This document shows positions 1 to 12,235 of a DNA stretch of 64,000 nt, one piece after another. This DNA comes from Octopus bimaculoides (Eukaryota). Where the stretch lies: positions 28,279,916 through 28,343,915 of the forward strand of contig NC_068988.1 in the NCBI RefSeq assembly GCF_001194135.2. The letters are read 5' to 3'. The notes beneath the pieces were generated by a model that saw nothing but the letters and a program-made list of their open reading frames with translations, did not search any database and had not been told where the DNA came from. Position numbers and translations under genes: made by a program. The stretch's first letter is position 1. Each line of letters starts with the position of its first letter.

Positions 1-1109
1 CACACACACACATGCACGCACACACGTATGTATGTATGTATATATGTATGTATCTGTCTGTCAATCTAATCTATCTATCTATCTATCTATCTATGTATCT
101 ATCTACATATATATATATAGATATAGGCAGCTCTTCAGCTGGTCAGTGTCTGTCAAACCATCCAACCCTCCAACTCATGCCAGTGTGGGAAATGTACATT
201 AACTGATGATGATGACATACATGATGGGCTTCCACACAGTTTCCATCAACCAAATTCACTCACAAGGTATTGATTAGTTGGAGGCTATAGCAAAAGATAC
301 GTGTCAATATATATATATATATATATATGCACAAACACATAATTCACTATGGGTTTCTTTCAGTTTCTGTCTATCAAATCCAATCATAAGTCTTTGGGTG
401 ACCTGGGGCTAAAGGAGAAGAAACTTCTCCAAGGTGCTGTGGAGTGGAACTGAATCTGAAACCATGTGGTTGGGAAGTAAACTTCTTAAACATGCAGTTA
501 CGCCTGTGTGTATACAGCCATTAGTTTAGTCAAATTGAAGGGAAACTATTTTTATTTCTTTTTCAAGTTTTGAATATCTAGTGATACTTCCATTTAATGA
601 TAAAATGTTAAGACATTTGAGAATTTAAAATGAAGTACAAAAGTAAAACAATCTTATACAGAACCAATTTTATGAGTCACATCCTCAAGTTTTATCTCTT
701 TTTGCTGTAATGTCTTTTCAGAGAACATTAAACAGCAGTTCTCAGATGAAAATTCCCAGAGTAACTAACAGAACTGGTCTTCATTTACAAGAAATAAGAT
801 ACAGGCATTCATAAAGGCTACCATGTTAAAATTGTTTCCTTGTGAGAATTTGAGGTGAAAAATAAGAGCTTAATTTTCTCTGTTAATAAGAAAAAATTCA
901 AATATATAAAAATATTGGCATCTGTCAAACAGAAAGAGTTATTAATTAAGATTCAAGTAATTATTTTAATTTTTAGGAAAGATTTATGAACACTAAGCCA
1001 GCTAATCCTTAAAAATCTAGCAATATACATCCTGAAGTGATTAATGGGATTATTTATATTTATTTATTCATTATTGATTGGTAACATGTAAAATTGATTT
1101 GAACAAATT

Positions 1110-1116
1110 TCCTGTA

Positions 1117-1175
<59 letters not shown>
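1110..1175. repeat. (TA)n microsatellite
   Basis: Direct reading. Many other (TA)n, (CA)n, (GA)n, (TAA)n, (TGA)n and (GAA)n tracts occur (for example 7438-7490, 18675-18835, 31947-31983, 43885-43960, 51045-51225). Confidence 0.95.
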
Positions 1176-1177
<2 letters not shown>

Positions 1178-3238
1178 TCTTCATAAATTTAATGCCCCCT
1201 TTTTCCATGACGGCATGGGTTGGTTGGTTGGATTGACAGGAGCCAGCAAGCCGGAGGGCTGCACCAGGGTCCAGTCATCTGTTTCGGTATGGTTTCTATG
1301 GTTTCTAATGTCAACAACTTTACAATGTGTTCTGGGTGTTTCATACATAGTTCTTGCAAGCGTGCTCTTGATGTGGTGCTGGCATGGGTGCATTTTACAT
1401 GGTGTCAGCCACAAAAATATATGTCTTCTTCATTATTTAAAGTCTCTTTTTCAATGCTGGCATGGGTTGGATGCTTCAACATAAAATGACAAGCCAGAAG
1501 ACTGCCCCAAGCTCTATTGTCTGCATTGGCTGGTTTTCCACCACTGGGTGCCCTTCTTAATGTCAACTTCATATAGTGCACTGGGTCACTATGTACCTGC
1601 AAGACAAGACCCCCTCAACTGAGTCGGGATATAGTTCTGATGGATAAGAAAGTATGACGGAGGGACAGGAGCAGGTATCTTGCTGAGGAGGTGTCCTTTG
1701 TTTCCAACCTTCCATGGAAACACGTTTTGTCATGGGAAAATTATTATCTTGCTGGGAAACAGGTGAAGGTTGGTGATAGGAAGAGTATCCAGCCATAGAA
1801 AGTCTGCCTCAACAAATTCCACTTGATTCATGTGAGCATGAAAAAGTGGACATTAAAACAATGATGATAATGTTGATGTCGAAATATCTTTTTGAATAGA
1901 CAAGATGGTTAAGAAGCCTCTTTGCTAAAGCTGTGGCTTCATTATAGTTTTCTATTCTTGGTACTAAACACCATAAAATCAGAAAGGGACATGCTGACTG
2001 AACAAAAGAGAAATCTAATGCTTTCACATGAGAATATCTCCCCCCACCTCTTTATTTGTTTCAGCCATTGAATTGTGGTTAAGCTGGGACACTGCCTTGA
2101 AGGGTTAAATGGGACAAATCACCCCCACAGTATTTATTTTTAAAGGCTGGTACTTATTGTATCAATCCCTTTTGTTGTTCCACTAAGTTATGGGGATGTA
2201 AACAAACCAACACTGGTTGTCCAAACAACACTGGTTGTCCCAACATTGAAAGGAAGACAAACTCAAACACAAAGATGCACACACACACAACATATCTTCT
2301 CTCTGTCAAATTCACTCACAAGGTATTTTTCAATGGTAGAAGACACTTATCCAGGATATCACACACACAGTGGGATTGAACCCAAAACCACACATTTGCA
2401 GAGTAAGCTTCTTAAGCACACAGCGTAATAGAAAAATGCATTTATCATCATAACCAACTGAAGTAAAAGCATTTCCATATGTAAGCATGTGTGAGGTATG
2501 CACAAATAATATTTATCATTAATGTTCTTTCAAGTTTGGAATTGGCATTTTCAGGTGATATTGACATAAGATTTATCATAATTCCATTTACCTTGCCACT
2601 CTTTAAACTCAAAATAGTCTAAAAGGTTCTTATGCAGATGGTGGATGAGATAGAGTTGATGCTAATGATACAGTCAATGACTGCAAGAATGGCTGCATAT
2701 TTCCAACAATATTCAGAAATGTGTGTATGTATGTGTGTGTGCCTGTGTCTGTCTCTCTCTCTCTCTATACACACTTTTTTTCTTTATGTTTTTTTTTGTT
2801 TTTCATCTTTTACTTGTTCCAGTCACTGGACTACAGCCATGTCGAACAAATCAACCCCAGTTGTGAAGAGGGGTGGTGGGAACAAGCACATACACCCTGC
2901 CACACACACACACACTCCCACACATACTCCCCCTACACACACACATACTCCCCCCTACACACAACAGACTTCTTTCAATTTCCATCTACCAAATCCACTC
3001 AAAAGGCTTTCGTTGTCCTGGGGCTATAGTAGAGGACACTAGCCCAAGGTACCACTCAGTGGGACTGAACCCAGAACCATGTAGTTGGGAAGCAAGCTTC
3101 TTACCACATCTTTGATGCTTTGACAGGATCTGATGAGTCAAAAGACAATGTCGAGGTCCAATGCTTGGATGTCCTTCCTAACACCAACCACTTTATAGAA
3201 TGTGTTGGGTACTTCTGACTAAAAGACAAATGTGTACA

Positions 3239-3274
<36 letters not shown>

Positions 3275-4918
3275 TGTATGAATGTATGTACACAAATATA
3301 TATATGTGTATGTGTATGTGTGTGTGTGTGTGCATGTGTATGTATATATCTATTTCAAGTTGAGTAATTGAAGAACATATTTACTATTCCAGGAGTGGTC
3401 TTCAGGAAAGTATTATAATTACAGCATGGACCTTGTGGAAGCTTTCTCATGCTTGTTTGGTATGTCATGTGACATTAATATATCTAATGGCATTGCATTT
3501 GTAAACAATGTGAGGGTGAAAAATAACTTTCAGTTTGGAAAAATGAGCCACTGCCAATCCTGTAGACTGTGTCAAATTATAGTTTATAAATACATATACA
3601 ATATAGTAATACTTATATAAACATATTAACTATTGATTATAATGTACATATATATATATATAAACACATATACTTATAATTCTATAGTTTATAAAACATA
3701 TTCTGCCATTTCAATACCAATTCAAAGCATTGTATTTTTGTCCTTTTTTAGTGAATATATCTTACAGAAAAAGTTGCTTCCGTCTTTCTTTACATGTATG
3801 TATGTATATGCATGCATATGTGTATGTGTATGCATGTGTGTGTGTATCATTACCGTTGTTTTTATGTCCACTTTTCCATGCTTTCATGGGTTGGATGGTA
3901 ACTTGTTGAGATAGATTTTCCTATAGCTAGCCATCACTTGTTTCCTAGTAAGGCAATATATCCCTAAGACTAGGCATGCTTCCACAGAAGATTGGAAGAG
4001 AAGGGCACTCATTTGTAAATATCACATGATGTCAAAACAAGGAGATAGTGACACACAGACACACAGAGGTTTCTTTCAATCTTTTACTTACTTTAACCCT
4101 TTCGCATTTAAACTGGCCATATCTGGCCTGAATATTCTACATGCTTTATCTGGCCACATCCTGCTTCTCACACTTACTTTACAATGTCATTCTAAATATA
4201 AACAACCACATCCTTGAAATCTCAAAGCTATGAGAAAATTCATGACTAATTCAAAATAATGTGAACAAATAAGCATTACATTTGACATAGTAATCTGAAA
4301 GTCTAAGAACTGTAGACATGTTGTGGGACTGCCTTCTAAAATATAGTTGGTTACGTTGAGTCACCCCATGCCAGTACTTATTTTCAAAAGAATGAAAGGC
4401 TAAGTAGCTATGGCTAGGATTTGAACTCAAAATATAAAGGAACATAGCTCAAATACTACAAAATATTTTGCCTGATACTCTACCAATTCTTCCATCTACC
4501 CACCATATATAGCATCTTATTTTTGTAAGCAACTTGTTTCCGTAATAACACAAATACACGCAAAAGGGGTTTTTCGAGTTGAAAACAACAGATAAAATGA
4601 GTTGAGCAAACATGTTCTTAACAACTAGTAAGTAGCCATGTGAAGAACAACTTCCAAATGNNNNNNNNNNNNNNNNNNNNNNNNNNNNNNNNNNNNNNNN
4701 NNNNNNNNNNNNNNNNNNNNNTAGAAAAAGCAAACAAATCCCAAACAGCTCAAAAACAAAAATAATGCAAAAATGGAATAGAGAGTAATAGAGAGATGAC
4801 ATGAATACACACACACACACACAGACTCATCCCCCCCACACACACATGCCAGAGGGTTGCTGTAGGATCCAGAGAAACATAAACCTAATGCTTCTGCCTC
4901 ATCTCACTCTCCAAATAG

Positions 4919-4960
4919 AACTTACATCAGATTTAGAGTTCCATATTGTGTTACACGAAT
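4919..4960 (+). CDS. Weak candidate plus-strand 42-bp exon (E)LTSDLEFHIVLHE
   Basis: Acceptor cttctgcctcatctcactctccaaatag, donor AAT|gtaagt, symmetric phase. No recognisable product. Confidence 0.2.
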
Positions 4961-5699
4961 GTAAGTACACAGAAACCACTCCTCCTCTCGAGAAATGCAA
5001 GGTAGATACATACATACAGCTATTTGAAACAATCTGAGAGTTGGTTCAACATCCCGTCTACACTGTGTCAAAGCAATTGACCCAAGTTGATGTCCTTCCA
5101 GACATTGTGTAGAATATAGAATTGTCGACATATTCTGACATATTCTTTCTGAGAGAATCTTGGAGTTTTGTGTGTTTCCAGCCTGTACACAGAACTTTCT
5201 CCGTCGCCTAAATAATTTTGCTTTAAGAATACACTACCTTACGTCTTCTCATTAGACACACACAAACACACACACACACATACACAGGGATTTGCCTTGC
5301 AGCCATGTGGTTTAAGTTCAGTCTTACAGCCTGGCACTTTGGGCAAGTGCCCTTTAGTATAGCCTCAGGGCAATCAATGCCCTGTGAGTGAATCTGGTAG
5401 ATGGAAATTGTGTGGAAGCCCAACACACATACAAGTGTATTTGGTTGTGTGTGCATGTGTATTTCATTTTCTCCACCACTTGACAACCAGTGTTAGTTTG
5501 TTGATTTCCCTCTAACTTGGTAGCTTGGCAATAAAGACTGACAGTAACAGATACCAGGCTTAAAAATAAATACTGGAGTCGATTTGTTCAACTAAGACCC
5601 TTCATGGCAATGCTCCAGCTTGGCTGCAGTCCAATGAATGAAACAAACAAAAGGTAAACAGTACACAAACACACACACACACACACAACTGCATGTAAA

Positions 5700-6043
5700 G
5701 GGTAAAGACCCCCTTCAGTCATGAATGACCATAGGATTGCACCTAGAAAGTTACCCTCCAAGGCACAAGTCCAGACAAGGTTATTCATGGAAGACCAGCA
5801 GTCACCCATGCATACCAGCCTCCCCTTCTCCATGCCACCAATGTTATCCAAGGGAAAGGCAAAGGGGCCGATACAGCTTGGCACCAGTGACGTTGCAACT
5901 CATTTCTACAGCTGAGTGAACTGGAACAACATGAAATAAAGTGTCTTGCTCAAGAACACAACACACAACCCAGTCCAGGAACTGAACTCACTACCTCATG
6001 ATTGTGAGCCTAACACTCTAACCACTGAACTATGCACCTTCAA
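5700..6043 (-). mobile_element. tRNA-derived SINE family D
   Basis: Minus-strand head tagttcagtggttagag...gagttcagttcc, core gtgttcttgagcaagacactttatttc...cagctgtagaaatg. Related copies at 16500-16695, 43228-43520 (+), 49455-49650 and 49680-49905. Confidence 0.7.
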
Positions 6044-6783
6044 TGTAAAATCTCTAATAATAATAATCAAGTCTTAAATAGACTCTTGTTCTTTTCCAAT
6101 GAGAGGGCTAGCTTTTGGTCATCTAACAGCAATTCTGCAAACTGACCACAGGGGACTACTGGAACCTACAACTGACTGACAGTTGTGTCTTTTATAATGT
6201 CTGCCACATAAAAAATCAAATAGTGTTTCCATATTAACTATTAATTAATCATCATCGTTTAACGTCCGCTTAATGATTGTTAATATGGATATAAATCCCA
6301 ATTTTAACCAAACCATCGTTAGACTGAATCCCATGTGAATATTAAAGCACTGCTTAAGTCAATAACGGTGATGATAAAAGCAGGATAAGTAGCCATTTCA
6401 CTTTTTGCACATACATACATATACACACATTGTATAGTACACGTATATATGCACATATATGAAGCAATGAGAGAGCCTTTATGCAGTCACTCCACCTGTT
6501 AGAAATAATAGCTAAATCATCCTAAAATCACACTCGACTGTCTTAATGTCTGATTACAAGTCTGCTCAATCAAGGCTGGTTTTAGAAATATACAGCAAAA
6601 ACACACTGCAAACACACACACATGGACCAGTGAAAGAGCCTTTACACAGTCATTCAACCTATCGAAAGCTAAATCACACTTTATGTCTTAATAAAAAAGG
6701 AAGGACATATTGGTTAATGTAGGAATACCTTTGATAAAAAGTCTGTTCAAACAGGACTGATTTTAGGAATAAATCACAACACT

Positions 6784-6819
<36 letters not shown>

Positions 6820-7437
6820 ACACACATACACACACACAAAATATGTTTACCAAACAACTGTTGCTAAAGATATTCAAATATACAAATGAAACAAAGTTTC
6901 TCAGATTATTAACGAGGAGAGTGGGGGTGGGAAAAATTAATCACACCCATCTATTTATGTATGTTTTGGGAATAAGTAAATGCAAATGCTGTTTATTCCT
7001 AAAAATCAGTCCTATTGACACTGGTAGAGCTAGCTAAATTGGAAATATAAAAAAATGCAAACAAATTTGGTCAGATTAGTTAGGCTAGGAAGATATAGTA
7101 TCCAAAAGAATGTGTTGGTATTTCTGATGTGTCCCTTGTACAACATGAGAGGCATTTTGAAAGTTAATCCATGATACATACAAACATTCACCAGTAACTA
7201 GTAGCAACGGCAGCAGAAATAGTCATTGTGTTTATGTGGAAGAGCTGCCATGGGAAAGTCAGTCAGACTATTGGTTATAGAGAAAGTAAACAGTCAGTAG
7301 GATTTAAATTTTTCGTGTGAGAGACAGGAATGATTTCTATTTAATCTCCAGCTCCAAGTGTCAGTTCCAAGAATATCAGGCAGTATGGCAGGATCGTTAA
7401 GGACGGTGTAACTACTTCCACCTAAGATCTGAGAAAC

Positions 7438-7491
<54 letters not shown>

Positions 7492-7722
7492 GGAGGGCGG
7501 TGAGCTGGCAGAATAGCTAGCATGCCGGGCAAAATTTTTAGTGGTATTTTGTTTGTCGTTACATTCTGACTTCGGCCGAGGTCGACTTTGCGTTTCATCC
7601 TTACAGGGTCAATAAAATTAAGTACCAGTGAAACACTGGGTTCGATGTAACTAACTAGCTTCCCCACCACCATCACCAACCCCACAAATTTCAGGCATTG
7701 TGCCCTTTAGTAAAAAGGATTA
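7492..7722 (+). mobile_element. SINE family B flanked by (TTA)n
   Basis: Same structure. Other copies at about 4340-4500, 8155-8375, 8605-8810, 8835-8975, 17170-17333, 17350-17570, 19035-19165, 20245-20470, 20508-20717, 21530-21680, 22215-22415, 23225-23445, 29546-29758, 34870-35015, 43970-44100, 45555-45690, 51425-51830 and 60610-60710. Confidence 0.8.
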
Positions 7723-7756
<34 letters not shown>

Positions 7757-9117
7757 CCACTGCCAGAGCAGCAGTCTCGCTTCCGTGCCAGAGGCACATA
7801 AAAAGCACCATTTGAGTGAGATCATTTCCAGCTTCGCCTTACAGACATGCCGGTGGCATGTGAACAAAACATTGGACTGACTCCTGTGCAGGTGGCACGT
7901 AAAAAACACCATTTTGAGTGTGGTCGTTGCCAGTACCGCTGGACTGGTCCTCATGCTGGCGGCACGTAAAAAGCACCCACTACACTGTCGGAGTGGTTGG
8001 CGTTAGGAAGGGCATCCAGCTGTAGAAACTCTGCCAGATCAGATTGGAGCATGATGTAGCCATCTGGTTCGTCAGTCCCCAGTCAAATCATCCAACCCAT
8101 GCTAGCATGGAAAACGGATGCTAAATGATGATGATGATGATGATAATTATTTCAGTAGGATGTGGTGAGCTGACAGAATTGTTAGCATGCAAGACAAAAC
8201 GCCACTAAGCATTCTGTTTGTTTTTATATTCTGAGTTCAAATTCCACCAGGGTCAACTTTGCCTTTCATCATTTCAGGGTCGATAAAATAAGTGTCAGTT
8301 GAACACTGGGGTTGATGGAATTGTTCTTACCCCTACCCAGAAAATACTAGTCTTGTGCCAAATTTTGAAACCAAGCCAGAGGCACGTAAAAAGCACCCAC
8401 TACACTCTTGGAGTGGTTGGTGTTAAGAAGGACATCCAGTTGTAGAAACCCTGCCAAATCAGATTGAAACCTGGTGCAGCTCCCCAGGTTACCAGTTTTC
8501 AATCAAACCGCCTAACCCATGCCAGCATGGAAAACGGACGTTAAATGATGATGATGATGATGATGATGATGACGATGATGATGATGATATTAATATTCGA
8601 GCAAAAGGCAGTGAGCTGGCAGAATTGTTAGCACACCAGGCACAACACCTGGTGGCATTTCGTCCTGGGTTCAAATTCTGCCATGGTCTACTTTGTCTTT
8701 CACCCTTTCAGGGTCAATAAAATAAGTATCAGTTAAGCACTGGGGTTGACATAATCAACTAACCCTTTCCCTTCGAAACTGCTGGCCTTGTGCAAAAATT
8801 AGAAAGAATGATTATTATCATTATTATTATTATTGAGTTCAAATTCCACTAAGGTTGACTTTGCCTTTCATCCTTTCAGGGTCAATAGATTGAGTACCAG
8901 TTGAGCACTGGGGACAATATAATCAACTTTACGCTCCCATGAAAACTGCTGGCCCTTTGTCAAAATCTGAAACCATTATTATTATTATTATTATTATTAT
9001 TAGTCGTAGTAGTAGTAGTAGTCGTAGTTGTAGTAGTCGTAGTAGTAGTAGTATTATATTATGTCAGTCAATGAAAGATGAAGCGACAGTTCTCGACCCC
9101 CTCTCCTCTCCACACAC

Positions 9118-9553
9118 NNNNNNNNNNNNNNNNNNNNNNNNNNNNNNNNNNNNNNNNNNNNNNNNNNNNNNNNNNNNNNNNNNNNNNNNNNNNNNNNNNN
9201 NNNNNNNNNNNNNNNNNNNNNNNNNNNNNNNNNNNNNNNNNNNNNNNNNNNNNNNNNNNNNNNNNNNNNNNNNNNNNNNNNNNNNNNNNNNNNNNNNNNN
9301 NNNNNNNNNNNNNNNNNNNNNNNNNNNNNNNNNNNNNNNNNNNNNNNNNNNNNNNNNNNNNNNNNNNNNNNNNNNNNNNNNNNNNNNNNNNNNNNNNNNN
9401 NNNNNNNNNNNNNNNNNNNNNNNNNNNNNNNNNNNNNNNNNNNNNNNNNNNNNNNNNNNNNNNNNNNNNNNNNNNNNNNNNNNNNNNNNNNNNNNNNNNN
9501 NNNNNNNNNNNNNNNNNNNNNNNNNNNNNNNNNNNNNNNNNNNNNNNNNNNNN
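9118..9553. other. Assembly gap (N run)
   Basis: Other gaps: 4661-4721, 10440-10449, 21067-21190, 33792-33801, 46816-47047, 52087-52669, 62094-62103. Most abut microsatellites. Confidence 1.
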
Positions 9554-9592
<39 letters not shown>

Positions 9593-10162
9593 TATATACA
9601 TGTATATGTATGTATGTATGTATATATATATCTATACACACACACACATATTCTTGTATGTGTATACACATACACATACATGTATATAAACATATATATA
9701 TAATAGGATGGTAAAAATAATATGCCATAGCCAAGAAGAAACCTAAAATCCAGATAGATATTTATTTTCCTAATATCTGAGAATATGAAACACAAGCTGG
9801 CTGCAAAGAGAAAAAGAATGTCTTCTATTTGAAATTATTTAAGTTTGTAAAAAAAAAACATTTGAATCATAAACAAAAACACAAAAGTAAGACATCTGAT
9901 ACTGAATTATGGAATTCCCATACAGAGCTGGTCCAAGACAGACGGACAGATATTGAATCTTCAATGCGTTAGTGTATACAAAATATTCCCTCAAGTCATT
10001 GCTTGGAAAAAAGATATTTTAAAACAAAACAAAAGCTAAAAAAGAGAAAAACAACCTATCATGGTTATAAATTACATCAGTGGAAGAAGGAAAGCGAAGA
10101 AAGAAGTGAAGGCAAGCTAGTAAGACAGCAAACAACAGCTAAGACTAGATGTAAAGTAACCA

Positions 10163-10194
<32 letters not shown>

Positions 10195-10229
10195 GTATGC
10201 ATGTATATATGTAAGTGTTTGTGTATATA

Positions 10230-10290
<61 letters not shown>

Positions 10291-10630
10291 TATATACTTT
10301 TATAAAACAAATTTTACAAAATATATAGTATCTGTTAACAGTCTTAGCAAAAAGCTCACAGTTGAGTTTTTGTATATATATATGTATACATGTCTCTTAA
10401 AGGATAGAGCTCAAAATCAATGCATTGAAGATACTTTATNNNNNNNNNNTATATATATATATACACATACATACATGCAGTTCTTGTGACATATTCAACT
10501 GCATTTCAGCACAAACCAAGACGCAAGTTTGTTTAGCTTTTCCTTGAAGTCATAGAAATGAAAATAAATATAAACAATTTGAAGCATCGCATTATATTCA
10601 ACTCTTACAAACGGTCAATTTTATTCAGCT

Positions 10631-10773
10631 TTATTGAGCTGTCTGTCCTGCGGTAGGTTCCATATGAAAATAACGTTTATTAGAATTCCATAACTTCAGT
10701 AATTGGATTGGATTTGAAGTGGTTAGTTCTACAATGCATCTAATCAGATCTTTTGTTTCCTCTAAAGATGCAC
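10631..10773 (-). CDS. Weak candidate terminal exon (G)ASLEETKDLIRCIVELTTSNPIQLLKLWNSNKRYFHMEPTAGQTAQ*
   Basis: Acceptor gtctcttcattttag, 46 open codons, then TAA with two AATAAA hexamers (10630-10635, 10620-10625). Open frames of this length can occur by chance here. Confidence 0.25.
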
Positions 10774-11787
10774 CTAAAATGAAGAGACTCTTCTAAAGAC
10801 GGTAGTTCTAACAATATCTGATTCAAAAAGTACTCAAGTAATTTAATTTAATTCATGAAATTAAATCATCATCATCATCACCATCATCATCATTTTCATG
10901 TCTGTTTTACCATTCTCTCATGTGTTGGAAGGAATTTGTTGAGGCAGAATCTCTGCAATTGGATGCCCCTTCTTGTTATCAATCTTCATCTGTTTCCAAG
11001 CATGGTAACATTTTTCCCATGACCAGATACGTTTCCAGAGAAGATTGGAAATGAAGGACACTGCTAATATGACAGTGACACTCATTTACAGCAATCATGT
11101 AAAGTCAAAGTATCACAGGTGCACAGGCAACACACAACAGGCTTTTTTCAGTTTCTGTCTACTAAATTCACCCACAAGGCCTTGATTGGCCTGTGGCTAT
11201 AGTAGAAAACACTTGCCCTAAAAGCTACACAGTGGGACTGAACTTGGAACCATGTGGGTTGTGGCTGGAAAGCAAACTTCTTACTACAACCACACTTGCC
11301 CCTAGGTTTGTAAACTTCATCTGATAACTTCTGTTACTTTATAGCAGCAAACCTAACAAACCTTGTTTTAAGGTTTATTTCATCAACTACAACTATGATA
11401 ACTGTTAATCGCTAAAACTTTAGTACATGGTCAAATGAGTCAACAACAAGAGAGCCTGACTAGCTAGAAATAGAAGCCAAATCTTCCTCAAATAACACCT
11501 AACTGTCTTAGAAAGAGAAGGACACATTAGATGGTATATTCATAGATATCCTTAAAAGGACTTGGTGTGCAGAGATCTTCTCAGAGTTGATCTCGAGCTA
11601 AATGACAATAACAAACAAAAACAACAGCATATCCAAAACAGTTTACATTAATGATTTTCATCGAAGTCTAATTATTTTAATTTTTGTTCTGGCAACTAAC
11701 GAACGCCAATTTAACTCTTCTAAATTTTTGAAATTGTTTAAATTCATAGAAATTTTGGAATTCTATACAAAATTACACAGGAAATAT

Positions 11788-12187
11788 AAGTGCAATTGTG
11801 GCTGTGTGGTTAAGAAGTTTACTTCCCAACATGTAGTCTCAGGTTCAGTCCCACTGTGTGGCACCTTGGGCAAATGTCTCCTGCTATAGCTCAAGGCCAA
11901 CCAAGGCCTTGTGAATGGATTTGCTAAATGAAAACTGAGTGGAAGACTTGTGTGTGTGTGTGTGCGTGTGTATGTGTGTGTATATGTGTTTAACCCACCA
12001 CTTGTCAACTGGTGTTGGTCTGTTTATGTCTCCACAACTAAGCATTTCTACAAAAGAGAATGGTACAATAAGCACAACACTTAAAAAAGAGTAAGTACTC
12101 TGGTTGATATGTTTGACTAAAACCCTTCAGAGAGGTGCCCCAGCATGGCCACAATCCAATGACATAAACAAGTAAAAGGTAACAGTA
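11788..12187 (+). mobile_element. SINE family A, full length
   Basis: Head, CORE-like segment, (TG)n, tail ending acaagtaaaagg. Other copies at about 225-505, 2070-2425, 2805-3108, 5285-5650, 11130-11305, 23690-23940, 33580-33760, 35030-35305, 35770-35935, 37405-37560, 44270-44420, 50890-51050, 54160-54300, 54600-54775, 56755-57200, 61265-61540 and 63480-63615. Confidence 0.8.
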
Positions 12188-12221
12188 GAAGATATTCAAC
12201 AGAAAAAATATAGCTACAACT

Positions 12222-12235
12222 GTTGCTATGGTAAC
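12222..12235. promoter_or_regulatory. RFX X-box-like palindrome GTTGCTATGGTAAC
   Basis: Two substitutions from the canonical GTTGCCATGGCAAC; lies in unique DNA just past a SINE tail. Confidence 0.5.

Noticed and set aside
1870-2010. Protein-like minus-strand frames near 2.0, 5.2, 7.4, 22.8, 30.6 and 33.3 kb
   Set aside because: Each lacks one good splice site, and many 40-50 codon open frames are expected by chance in this much unique DNA.
721-3459. Plus-strand exon candidates at 721-759 and 3393-3459 that could chain with 4919-4960
   Set aside because: Several frames are open, the peptide is unrecognisable and the chain depends on arbitrary frame choice.
8939-9795. The longest ORFs in the track (200-270 aa; also 46623-47150 and 52030-52839)
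   Set aside because: They run through N gaps, so their length is an artefact.
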